Of a stretch of DNA of 62,283 bases, positions 48,645 through 57,087 are shown piece by piece. The notes beneath the pieces were generated by a model, which saw only the letters and a program-made list of their open reading frames with translations, was not told where the DNA came from and did not search any database. Source of the DNA: Vicinamibacteria bacterium. GTDB taxonomy: Bacteria > Acidobacteriota > Vicinamibacteria > Vicinamibacterales > JAMQPK01. Position 1 is the stretch's first letter, and each line of letters begins with the position of its first letter. Made by a program: the position numbers and the translations under genes. The stretch covers positions 1 through 62,283 of the forward strand of contig JANMJM010000070.1 of the NCBI GenBank assembly GCA_031371345.1. The letters are read 5' to 3'.

Positions 48645-50068
48645 ATGCTGCCGGCGCTCTGCAACGCGCGCGGGCGATACAGGAAGTCGACGATATTGCC
48701 CTCGTGCGGCTGCAGCCAATTGAGCCGGATGGTCGGAATCGGCCCCAGGTTCAGGCGATCGACATGGGTTGCGTCGAGCAGCGCGCGCTGCAGCTCGGGT
48801 TTCCCGGTAATCGCCGAACACACGAGCGTGGGCCCGATGGCGTCGAGCATCTTCGTTTCAGGACACTCGACAACCGTGACGAAGGGAAACATGTATTCCT
48901 TGGCGGCGATCGCTGCGTCCGGCGTCGCGCAATGAACGACGGTCGGCAGCAGGTATTCTGCGCGGCCCTTTTTCACCACACGCGAGCCATCGCGATACTT
49001 CGCCGTGACGTCGGTCACGCCAGGCGCAGTCAAATCCGCATCGATCGAGTGGGAGATGGCGTCGGCCATTCCCGGCACCGTGAACGCCGCCAGGCTCGCC
49101 TTCGGATCATCCGGGGGCAGCGCTTCGACGGCCGCGAGGCGTTCGCCAAGCGCAGCGGCGATTTCTCGGCTGTGGCGGCTGACCCAGATTCCGGAGCAAT
49201 TGATGCAGCCTCGCCCGCTGTTCAGAAACACGCTGTCGACCATTACGTCGAGGTAGCGTTCCCAGTCGTCGACGCAATCGTCCCCAAACAGAATCTTCGA
49301 AAATCCCGGACCATGAACCTGCACCCGCGGGTTCCCTTTGTACCGTTCGACGGTCGGCGTGCCGCCAAAGATCAAGCTTCGGCCGCACGCGGCAACCACG
49401 GCGGCGCCTACCTCAGCTTCTCCGGGATAGATCGAGATCGCTTCGCGTGGGATACCTGCCTGAAAAAACGCCTCGGCGACACGGTACGGCGTCCAGGGTT
49501 CTTGGGGCCCTGGTTTGAGCACCAGCCCAATCTGCAACGGAATGATGGGCAGCCACAATGTGTGCACGCCCGGCGAGTTCGACGGGAGGACGAGCCCCAG
49601 CACCGGGCTTTGCGCCTGATAACTGATCGGGACGCCGTTTTCTTCGCCGTATCCGCTGCTCAACACATTCAGGTCCAGGCCGCGCGTGAGCGCTTTCAGG
49701 ATGTTGCCCATTTCGCCAAGCACGAACTGATTCTTCTTCATGTTGCCGCGGCACAGCGCTTCAGGAAGCCCCGTGCTCGCCGACTGCTGCTTCACGAAAT
49801 CGTCGGGCGTCTGGCTGCCGTCACCAATCGCGAGTGTGGCATTCATGTAGAGATCGCCGGCGATTTTCATTCGATGGATGAGCTCGTCGATGGGAATTTT
49901 GCGGAGCGCCTCGCGAGCACCCGCAGCCTTCCGCATGTCGCGCTGAATGAGGCCGGCGTTGGCCCGGCTGACTTTCGCAATGGGCTCGCCGGTGAGGAAG
50001 TGCACCACCTCATCGGTGTCCACGCTCGAGTACGGAGTGCCCCAACGGAGGGCGGGGATGTTGATCAT
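48641..50068 (-). CDS. Aldehyde dehydrogenase-superfamily protein (possibly LuxC-like acyl-CoA/acyl-adenylate reductase)
   Basis: ALDH-like core LVLPSNSPGVHTLW...LKPGPQEPWT...FGGTPTV... and candidate catalytic Cys FLNSGRGCINCSG. Preferred start MINIPALRW at 50068. The upstream ORF extension translates the heptamer repeat. Confidence 0.7.
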   Translation of the reverse strand: MINIPALRWGTPYSSVDTDEVVHFLTGEPIAKVSRANAGLIQRDMRKAAGAREALRKIPIDELIHRMKIAGDLYMNATLAIGDGSQTPDDFVKQQSASTGLPEALCRGNMKKNQFVLGEMGNILKALTRGLDLNVLSSGYGEENGVPISYQAQSPVLGLVLPSNSPGVHTLWLPIIPLQIGLVLKPGPQEPWTPYRVAEAFFQAGIPREAISIYPGEAEVGAAVVAACGRSLIFGGTPTVERYKGNPRVQVHGPGFSKILFGDDCVDDWERYLDVMVDSVFLNSGRGCINCSGIWVSRHSREIAAALGERLAAVEALPPDDPKASLAAFTVPGMADAISHSIDADLTAPGVTDVTAKYRDGSRVVKKGRAEYLLPTVVHCATPDAAIAAKEYMFPFVTVVECPETKMLDAIGPTLVCSAITGKPELQRALLDATHVDRLNLGPIPTIRLNWLQPHEGNIVDFLYRPRALQSAGSM

Positions 50069-50153
50069 GGTTGTTAGTTGTTGGTTGTTGGTTCTGCCGC
50101 TTGTCCTTCGCGTGTTTGGTCTCGTCGTTCGAACTAACAACTAACAACTAATA
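50069..50153. repeat. Inverted pair of heptamer tandem repeats forming an intercistronic hairpin
   Basis: GGTTGTTA GTTGTTG GTTGTTG GTTCTG (50069..50096), a ~34-nt loop, then GAACTAAC AACTAAC AACTAAT (50131..50153). The second arm contains the TAG stop at 50148..50150. No Shine-Dalgarno motif is visible before the ATG at 50068. Confidence 0.8.
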
Positions 50154-51260
50154 GACGCCCACCGTCGTCGTTGCCGCGAAGCCGCGAAACGGGCGCACAC
50201 CGCTGACGCCGTCCCATGGATATTTGGCGCAGGGGCGCTCGCGTTCCCCTTCATCACGCTCGAGGAAGCCAGGGACGAAAAACTCTTTCGTCAGCGTCGT
50301 CAATTTCACCCGGCCGGTCTTTCCGTACTCCACAATCTTCAGCGGATTATCGAGGTCGACCACTTCGATGACCGCGCGTGGCTGCGGCGCATGATAGGTA
50401 ATCTTGTAGTTGTTCTCGGGACCCGTCGGAGCGCTGGCGGCCAGTCCCATCAACGTGTTGCCGTACGTAGGTGTCATGTACGCGCCGTCGAGGAGCTCTT
50501 CGTGAGCGAACCGGTTCCACTGCGGCGTAAATTCGGTGCCGCCAGAGAAAATTCCCGTGATGCCGGCTTGTCGAATGGTCGTGCCCTCCGACTCCAGTCT
50601 GAGCGCGAGCGCTTCCAACAGTTTGGGGGTCGTGAACATGCAGCGAATATCGTGACCGGCCTGCAGAATCGACACGGCTTGATCGATCACGTGCGCCTTG
50701 TAGGCTTCGAGCTGATCCATCGAGCCTTTCTTGATCAGCTTGATCACCCACCTGGGATCGAGATCGACACAGAACGAGATGCCGCCGCGATACTGCGCGA
50801 GGTGCTCGACCGATAGCCGGAGTCGGCGTGGTCCGGACGGCCCAAGCATCAGCCAGTTCGATCCGAGTGGAAAATATTCGTCGGGCAGCGTGCGGCTGAA
50901 CAGCTCGTAATCGGTCCGGAAATCTTCGAACGCGACACGCGTCTTGGGAATGCCGGTCGTGCCGCCTGTCTCGAATACGTAGACCGGTTTGCCGGCGCAC
51001 CCTTTCGGAATCCAGCGCTGCACGGGGCCGCCACGCAACCATTCGTCTTCGAAGGCCGGAAAACGCGAAAGATCCCGGTAACCATGGATCGCCTGTCGGG
51101 GATCCCACCCGAGTTTGCCGGCGAACTCCAACCAGAATGGACACCCTGTGGCGGGATCGAAATGCCAGGCCACCGTCTCGCGCACGTGGGCGTCCAGCGC
51201 CTCCTGCGCCTGGCGAGCGCGAACCGCAACGTCGCTTGGGGTCTCGGTCTCCGACTTCAT
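50148..51260 (-). CDS. LuxE/PaaK-like adenylate-forming enzyme (370 aa)
   Basis: Start MKSETETPS at 51260. P-loop-like VFETGGTTGIPKTRV. The size and layout resemble the short PaaK/LuxE acyl-AMP-forming family. The ORF extension to 51650 was rejected (Arg-rich, and it overlaps the divergent DUF3311 gene). Confidence 0.65.
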   Translation of the reverse strand: MKSETETPSDVAVRARQAQEALDAHVRETVAWHFDPATGCPFWLEFAGKLGWDPRQAIHGYRDLSRFPAFEDEWLRGGPVQRWIPKGCAGKPVYVFETGGTTGIPKTRVAFEDFRTDYELFSRTLPDEYFPLGSNWLMLGPSGPRRLRLSVEHLAQYRGGISFCVDLDPRWVIKLIKKGSMDQLEAYKAHVIDQAVSILQAGHDIRCMFTTPKLLEALALRLESEGTTIRQAGITGIFSGGTEFTPQWNRFAHEELLDGAYMTPTYGNTLMGLAASAPTGPENNYKITYHAPQPRAVIEVVDLDNPLKIVEYGKTGRVKLTTLTKEFFVPGFLERDEGERERPCAKYPWDGVSGVRPFRGFAATTTVGVY

Positions 51261-51293
51261 AGCCGCGTAGTATATTCTGACCCAACTCGAGAC

Positions 51294-51494
51294 ATGAGGC
51301 TTTGGTCCGCAGTCGCCGCCGTGGCTCTGCTCTACGCGCTCCACCAGGATTTCTGGTATTGGCGTGATGCGCGTCCGCTGGTCTTCGGCATCCTTCCGAT
51401 TGGCCTCTTCTACCACGCGGCGTACACCGTCGCCGCTTCCGGCGTGCTCTGGCTGCTCGTCAGGACGGCATCGCCCACGCATCTCGACGAATGA
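51294..51494 (+). CDS. DUF3311-like small membrane protein (symporter-associated)
   Basis: [56 protein letters not shown] forms two TM helices. The stop overlaps the symporter start (ATGA), the arrangement typical of DUF3311 with a sodium:solute symporter. Confidence 0.7.
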   Translation: MRLWSAVAAVALLYALHQDFWYWRDARPLVFGILPIGLFYHAAYTVAASGVLWLLVRTASPTHLDE

Positions 51495-53119
51495 TTCCAA
51501 CCCTCGTCGTCTTTGCCTACCTCGCGGTCGTTCTCTACATCGGCGTCTTCGCGTTCCGCCTGTCGCGACGGAAGAATGATGCGGAAGACTTTTTTCTCGC
51601 CGGCCGGTCGCTGGGACCCACGGTGTTTCTGTTGTCGCTGTTCGGCACAAACATGACCGCCTTCTCCATCCTTGGGGCCTCGGGTCACGCGTTCGCCAAC
51701 GGCATCGTCACCTTCGGCCTGATGGCCTCGTCCTCGGCGCTGATCATTCCGGTGGGCATCTTCGTGATCGGCACACGTCTGTGGGCGCTCGGAAAACGCC
51801 ACGGCTTCATGACACCCGTGCAGATGTTCCGCGATCGCTGGGAATGCCGGCACATCAGCACGGTCATTTTCGCAGTCCAAGCCGTGCTGCTCGTTCCCTA
51901 CATCATCATTGCCGTCATGGGCGGCGGCACGACGCTGCAGGCCATCTCCAGCGGGTTCATTCCGTATTGGCTGGGCGGCGGCATCGTGTCGGCGGTCGTC
52001 ATGAGCTATGTGTTCCTCGGCGGGATGCGTGGCACTGCCTGGGTGAACGCATTGCAGACGACGCTGTTTCTTATGTTCGGTACGATTGCGGTCGTCGTGA
52101 TCGGAAACGGGATGGGCGGATTTCACGACGCGATGGAGGCGATGCTGGCATCGCCGGCGACGGCGCCGCTGCTGACGCGCGAGCGCGTCTCGCCGCTCTA
52201 CTTTTTCAGTTACACGTTCATCCCGCTCTCTTCGATTGCTTTTCCGCACATCTCCATCTTCTGCTTGACCGCGCGCAGTGGTACCTACTTCCGAAAAACC
52301 GTGGTGCTGTATCCGATATGCATGCTCTTCATCTGGCTACCGTCGGTCTTCCTCGGCGTCGTCGCCAATCAGGCCAGAGCGCTACCCGCCATTGAATCGA
52401 AGCTCGAAGCTCGTGCACAGCTCGCGGCGCCAAACGCGACGATGTCGCCGGACGAACGCGTACGGCTGCGCGCCCAGGCAGGCGGCGATGATGTGATTCT
52501 GCGACTGGTCGACGGGTACGCGCCTTTGTGGCTGGCGTCGCTGCTCGGCGCCGCGGTCATGGCCGCCGTCATGGCAAGCGACTCGCAGATTCTCGCCCTG
52601 TCAACCATGTTCACCGAGGACATCTTCACCTTCTATCAAGGGACGGCGAGATTCGGGCAGGCAGTGCAGGTGATGACCGGACGCGTATTCGTCGTGCTGG
52701 TGACCGTCGTGGCCTACGCAATCGCGTTGCGTCTTCCGCAATCGATTTTCGACGTCGCGACGCAGTACGCGTTCGCGGGATACGCGGCCCTCGCGCCGCT
52801 GCTGGTGGCTGCGCTCTTTTGGAGAAACAGCACGAAATGGGGCGCGCTCGCGAGCACGCTTTGGACGGCGGCGGCTGTGACGGCCGTCGCCGCCTGTCAG
52901 ACGCTGATTCCAGCTCCGCCGCCCGGCTCGGAAGTTCTTGTCTGGTCCCTGAACGACGTGCGTGTCATCACTCGCGGCGCCGCCGGCACGCTGGTGCTCG
53001 GCTTGTTACCGGTCGTTCCGATGACGATTGTCTCGGCGCTCCTCATGTTCGTCGTGTCGATGGCAACCCTGTCCGCGTCGAAGCCCGGCGCCGTGACCCT
53101 CGCGAGGTATTTTCGATGA
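51491..53119 (+). CDS. Sodium:solute symporter (SSS) family transporter
   Basis: A 542-aa protein with about 13 TM segments and the SSS-type N-terminus [10 protein letters not shown]. Confidence 0.85.
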   Translation: MIPTLVVFAYLAVVLYIGVFAFRLSRRKNDAEDFFLAGRSLGPTVFLLSLFGTNMTAFSILGASGHAFANGIVTFGLMASSSALIIPVGIFVIGTRLWALGKRHGFMTPVQMFRDRWECRHISTVIFAVQAVLLVPYIIIAVMGGGTTLQAISSGFIPYWLGGGIVSAVVMSYVFLGGMRGTAWVNALQTTLFLMFGTIAVVVIGNGMGGFHDAMEAMLASPATAPLLTRERVSPLYFFSYTFIPLSSIAFPHISIFCLTARSGTYFRKTVVLYPICMLFIWLPSVFLGVVANQARALPAIESKLEARAQLAAPNATMSPDERVRLRAQAGGDDVILRLVDGYAPLWLASLLGAAVMAAVMASDSQILALSTMFTEDIFTFYQGTARFGQAVQVMTGRVFVVLVTVVAYAIALRLPQSIFDVATQYAFAGYAALAPLLVAALFWRNSTKWGALASTLWTAAAVTAVAACQTLIPAPPPGSEVLVWSLNDVRVITRGAAGTLVLGLLPVVPMTIVSALLMFVVSMATLSASKPGAVTLARYFR

Positions 53120-54480
53120 CGAGTCGACTGACCCCCGTGCAATGGTTGATCTGCGCAATTGCCGCGATCGGCTTTGCATTTGATATCTACGAAATTCTGA
53201 TGCTGCCGTTGATAGTACGTCCCGCGCTGCTCGAGCTCACCGGCGCTGCGCCAGGTTCGCCGGCATTTCAGATGTGGGTAGGGCGGCTCTTCTACCTCCC
53301 GGCGTTCGCCGGCGGCATCTTCGGATTGATCGGCGGCTATTTGACCGATCGCCTCGGGCGGCGGCGGGTGCTCACCTACAGCATTCTGATCTACGCCGTG
53401 TCGGCATTTGCATCGGGGTTCTCGACGTCGATCCAAATGCTCCTCGTCCTACGGTGTTTCGTCTTCATCGGCGTGTGCGTCGAGTTCGTCGCCGCCACTG
53501 CCTGGCTGGCCGAGTTGTTCACCGAGCCGGCACGGCGCGAGAAAGTTCTCGGATACACGCAGGCGTTCTCGTCGATTGGCGGCGTGCTGGTCGCCACGGT
53601 GAACGGTGTATGTGTGGCGTACGCGCATAACCTGCCGGCCGTCGCCGGGTTCGGGCTTGCCATCGCGGACCCGCATGCGCCCTGGCGCTACACGCTGATG
53701 TCGGGCGTGCTGCCCGCGATTCCGTTGATCCTTATTCGGCCGCTGCTGCCAGAGTCGCCGGCATGGCAGCAGAAAAAGGCCGCGGGAACGTTGCGGCGTC
53801 CGAGCATTGCCGCGCTCTTTTCTCCAGAGTTCCGGCGGACGACGATCGTCACGACCGTCATGTTTGCGATGGCGTACGGCGCAGCCTTCGGCGCGATTCA
53901 GCAGATTCAGCAGATTGTGCCGGGCCTGCCCGAGGTGCGCAGCATGACGCAGGGACTGACGCCTCCTCGCGCGGGACTCGTCACGCAGGAAGTGGCGGCG
54001 AACGTGACGAAGGTGCAGGAGATCGGCGGGCTCGCGGGCCGCATCGCGCTGGCGTATCTGGCGGTCATTGTCGTGAGTCGCCGGAAGCTGATCAGGCTGT
54101 TCCAGATTCCCGGGTTAATCGTGATGCCGTTGACGTTCGCGGTCGCCGCAACCACCAGCTTGAGCTGGCTGTATCCGGCGATGTTCTTCGCGGGATTTTT
54201 TACCGTTGCGCAATTCAGTTTCTGGGGAAACTACCTGCCGCGCGTGTATCCCACGTACCTAAGAGGAACGGGTGAAAGCTTCGCCGCCAACATCGGCGGG
54301 CGCCTGATCGGTACGTCGTTCGCCTGGCTGACGGCCACGCTCGCCGTCACGCCGGATCGCGGGTACGCTCCGACGAAGGTGGCGCTCGTCGCCGCGGTCG
54401 TGGGATTCTCGTGCTATCTCGTCGGTTTCATCGCGAGCTTCTGGCTGCCGGAACCAAGTGTTGAAACGTTACCTGATTAG
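53116..54480 (+). CDS. MFS transporter
   Basis: The ATG at 53116 overlaps the symporter stop (ATGA). [14 protein letters not shown] loop motif and about 12 TM segments. The Arg-rich extension from 52528 was rejected. Confidence 0.85.
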   Translation: MTSRLTPVQWLICAIAAIGFAFDIYEILMLPLIVRPALLELTGAAPGSPAFQMWVGRLFYLPAFAGGIFGLIGGYLTDRLGRRRVLTYSILIYAVSAFASGFSTSIQMLLVLRCFVFIGVCVEFVAATAWLAELFTEPARREKVLGYTQAFSSIGGVLVATVNGVCVAYAHNLPAVAGFGLAIADPHAPWRYTLMSGVLPAIPLILIRPLLPESPAWQQKKAAGTLRRPSIAALFSPEFRRTTIVTTVMFAMAYGAAFGAIQQIQQIVPGLPEVRSMTQGLTPPRAGLVTQEVAANVTKVQEIGGLAGRIALAYLAVIVVSRRKLIRLFQIPGLIVMPLTFAVAATTSLSWLYPAMFFAGFFTVAQFSFWGNYLPRVYPTYLRGTGESFAANIGGRLIGTSFAWLTATLAVTPDRGYAPTKVALVAAVVGFSCYLVGFIASFWLPEPSVETLPD

Positions 54481-54843
54481 GATTCTTATCGGCGCGCTTT
54501 TGATCGCGGGCGTCAGCACGCTCGGCGACTTCATTTGGGCCGGTCTGCATTTACGCCATCGACCGCTGTACGGTCTCACCCATGGAACGCTTCTTTTTTT
54601 GTGCATCGGAGTCTATCTGGGAGTACTCGCGAAGCAACCTTACTTAGGCGCGCTCGCTGGCGCCATCACGTCGTCGTGCGAGGCATCGCTGCCGCGATCG
54701 GATCTGGCATCGCCTTCTACTCAATTTCGGGGATCTGGCGGCCGTTCAATCCTGAAGGTTGGGATTACGCGATCCACTTTCTCAGTTGGACAGTTGCGTA
54801 TTTACCAGGTTTTTCGGCCCTGATGTTTGAGAATCCTGATTAA
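54458..54843 (+). CDS. Small ~4-TM membrane protein with an apparent -1 frame disruption near 54665-54680
   Basis: The frame from GTG 54458 gives [27 protein letters not shown]...LLFLCIGVYLGVLAKQPYLGALAGAI and then turns hydrophilic. The adjacent frame continues membrane-like, GIAAAIGSGIAFYSISGIW...YAIHFLSWTVAYLPGFSALMF, to the TAA at 54841..54843. Confidence 0.45.
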
Positions 54844-55937
54844 CCGAAGCAATACAGTCTTCCGTCGTGACTACCCACGACGACGCGGCCGGCGGCGATC
54901 GCAGGCGATGCGGTGATGGCCGCACCTGCGTCGAACTCCCACAGCTTTCCGCCTTTCAACAGATCGAGGACATAAAGACGGCCGTCGCTCGACCCCCCGA
55001 ACACCCGGGGGCCGGCGATCGCCGGCGACGACTCGACGCGGGCGTTGGTCATGAACGTCCAGCGGGCCTTTCCTGTCTTCGCATCGAGCGCGTGAATCAT
55101 CTTGTCGCGTCCGCCGAGGAAGACGGTGCCCTGGCTGACGGCTGCCGACGAATAAAACGGGAACCGCCGCTCTGGGTGGCGGTACTCCCAGAGCAGCTTG
55201 CGCGACTTGATGTCGATGCCGATGACTTCGCTTTCGAACGTACCGACGTACGCGGCGCCGCCGGTGATCGCGGACGATGCGCCCATGTAGGCGCCAATTG
55301 GCACGTTGATCACTTCCTTTCCGTCGGCGACGCGCACGCCGTGGAACCGCTCGTCGCATCCGGAGATATACGCGACACCGTCGGCAACCGCCGGCGTGGC
55401 GTGCACGTATCCGTCGAACTCGACTTTCCAGTCGACAGTGCCGCGCTCGACCGACAGTCCGTATAGGAACCGATCGTAGGACCCGATGAGCACGCGCGTG
55501 CCTACAACGACGGGTGAGGACCGAATCTCACCGGCTGTCTTGAACGTCCAGCGGGCCTTGCCGCTCTGAACGTCCACTGCGTGGAGCACTCCGGAAAGGT
55601 CGCCGATGTACACGACGCCGTCGGCCACGGCGGGAGACGACTCGCCGATCTCCGCGGTGCGATACCGCCAGCGCACAGCGCCTGATTGAAGGTCGAGCGC
55701 GACGAGCTCGCCCGCCGCGGAGCCCATAAACACCACTCCGTCAGCAATCGCGGCCGAGGATTCAATCGCGTCACCCGCATCAAATGTCCACATCACTTTG
55801 AGTGCGGATGGCACGATGGAGGAGGTGACGCCCGTCAGCTGCGGATTCCCTCGAAACTGTGGCCACGACGATTGCTGCGCGACGGGGGTTTCCGCAAGGC
55901 ACGCCAGCGCGACGAGCAATCCCATCAGAAGGCGCAT
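54840..55937 (-). CDS. Secreted PQQ-like/BamB-like beta-propeller repeat protein
   Basis: Signal MRLLMGLLVALACLAETPVA and SSWPQFRGNPQ, with blades ALDLQSGAVRWRY, AVDVQSGKARWTF, ALDAKTGKARWTF and VLDLLKGGKLWEF. The start overlaps the upstream alcohol dehydrogenase stop. Confidence 0.85.
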   Translation of the reverse strand: MRLLMGLLVALACLAETPVAQQSSWPQFRGNPQLTGVTSSIVPSALKVMWTFDAGDAIESSAAIADGVVFMGSAAGELVALDLQSGAVRWRYRTAEIGESSPAVADGVVYIGDLSGVLHAVDVQSGKARWTFKTAGEIRSSPVVVGTRVLIGSYDRFLYGLSVERGTVDWKVEFDGYVHATPAVADGVAYISGCDERFHGVRVADGKEVINVPIGAYMGASSAITGGAAYVGTFESEVIGIDIKSRKLLWEYRHPERRFPFYSSAAVSQGTVFLGGRDKMIHALDAKTGKARWTFMTNARVESSPAIAGPRVFGGSSDGRLYVLDLLKGGKLWEFDAGAAITASPAIAAGRVVVGSHDGRLYCFG

Positions 55938-57070
55938 TCGTACACCTCCTGGGCGCCTGCGGCGTCGAATCGGCGAGGGTTGAACTTTCCGGTCCATTGT
56001 TCCGAAGCTTCCTGCGCGAGCGTCGACAGATCGCCTTTCGATGCGCCCACATCGGACAACGCCGACGGCAGGCCGCCCGCTGCGGCGAGTTCCTCAAGTC
56101 GCTTCGCTAACGCGAGGCCCGGATTGCCATCACCGTTGTGTCTCCCGGCCTCTCGAAGCAGCTCGCTGTAGTGCGGGCCCACGGCGCCGGCATTCCAGCG
56201 CACGACATGCGGCAGCAGAATGGCAATCGCCTCGCCGTGCGTCGTGCCGTAGCGCGCCGTCGGCGGATTCGCGCACGCGTGCGTCGCGCCGAGCATCGAC
56301 AACTCGATCGCCATCCCCGCGTAGAATGCCCCGATCTGCATGGCCTCGCGCGCGTCGAGATCGCCGGGCATCGCAAGCACTCGCTCGTAGTGGCTCTCGA
56401 GCAGCCGCCAGGCTTCACGCGAGAGCTTCTCTGAAGTCGGATTGCGTGTGGTGCACACGTAGCTCTCGACCGCATGCGCCATCGCGTCGAAGCCGGCCGT
56501 CGCCGTCACCGAGGCTGGCTGCGTGAGCGTCAAGCTTGCGTCCAGGATCACGCCTCGGAACGCGACCTTCGGATCGCCGCAGGCCATCTTCTGATGCGTT
56601 TTGGGATCCGAGATGATCGCGTACGACTGCGCTTCGCTTCCGGTGCCGGCCGTCGTCGGCACGCCAATCATCGGAAGCATGGGTTTGGCGGCTTTGCCGT
56701 ATCCCAGAAAATCGTGGATCGGACCGCCCTGTGTAAGCACGAAGTTGATTCCCTTCGCGCAATCGAGCGAGCTGCCCCCGCCAAGCCCCACGATCGAATC
56801 GATGCCTGCGGCGGCGGCGCACGCACGACCGGCGTTGACCATGTCGGCGTCCGGGTTTGGACCGAAATCGCTGAAGTCGAACACGGAGATGCCGGCGCTG
56901 TTCAGAAATCTGTGGGCGTGTTCGAGATGCCCGGCTCGAGCGACCCCCGGATCGGACACCAGCAACGTGCGCGTAAAGCCAAATTCCTTTGCGAGCGAGC
57001 CAAGCTGTTCCAGCGAACCCTTGCCCGACAAGACACGGGCATCTGTTTTGACATCAAAGAGTTGCAGCAT
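55925..57070 (-). CDS. Iron-containing (group III) alcohol dehydrogenase
   Basis: GLGGGSSLDCAKG, the NAD-binding region, and the His-rich metal site ...AMAHAVE... / ...GATHACANP... / ...THGEAIA. Confidence 0.85.
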   Translation of the reverse strand: MLQLFDVKTDARVLSGKGSLEQLGSLAKEFGFTRTLLVSDPGVARAGHLEHAHRFLNSAGISVFDFSDFGPNPDADMVNAGRACAAAAGIDSIVGLGGGSSLDCAKGINFVLTQGGPIHDFLGYGKAAKPMLPMIGVPTTAGTGSEAQSYAIISDPKTHQKMACGDPKVAFRGVILDASLTLTQPASVTATAGFDAMAHAVESYVCTTRNPTSEKLSREAWRLLESHYERVLAMPGDLDAREAMQIGAFYAGMAIELSMLGATHACANPPTARYGTTHGEAIAILLPHVVRWNAGAVGPHYSELLREAGRHNGDGNPGLALAKRLEELAAAGGLPSALSDVGASKGDLSTLAQEASEQWTGKFNPRRFDAAGAQEVYECAF

Positions 57071-57087
57071 GTTCGCGTCTATCTATT

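Noticed and set aside
51261-51650. N-terminal extension of the LuxE/PaaK-like gene (ORF-track start at 51650). The similar extensions 48645..48821 (glycosyltransferase), 50069..50140 (ALDH-like) and 52528..53115 (MFS) were treated the same way.
   Set aside because: The extensions are Arg-rich or translate repeat DNA, and they overlap better-supported neighbouring genes. The internal starts chosen give stop/start coupling (GTGA or ATGA) and sensible N-termini.
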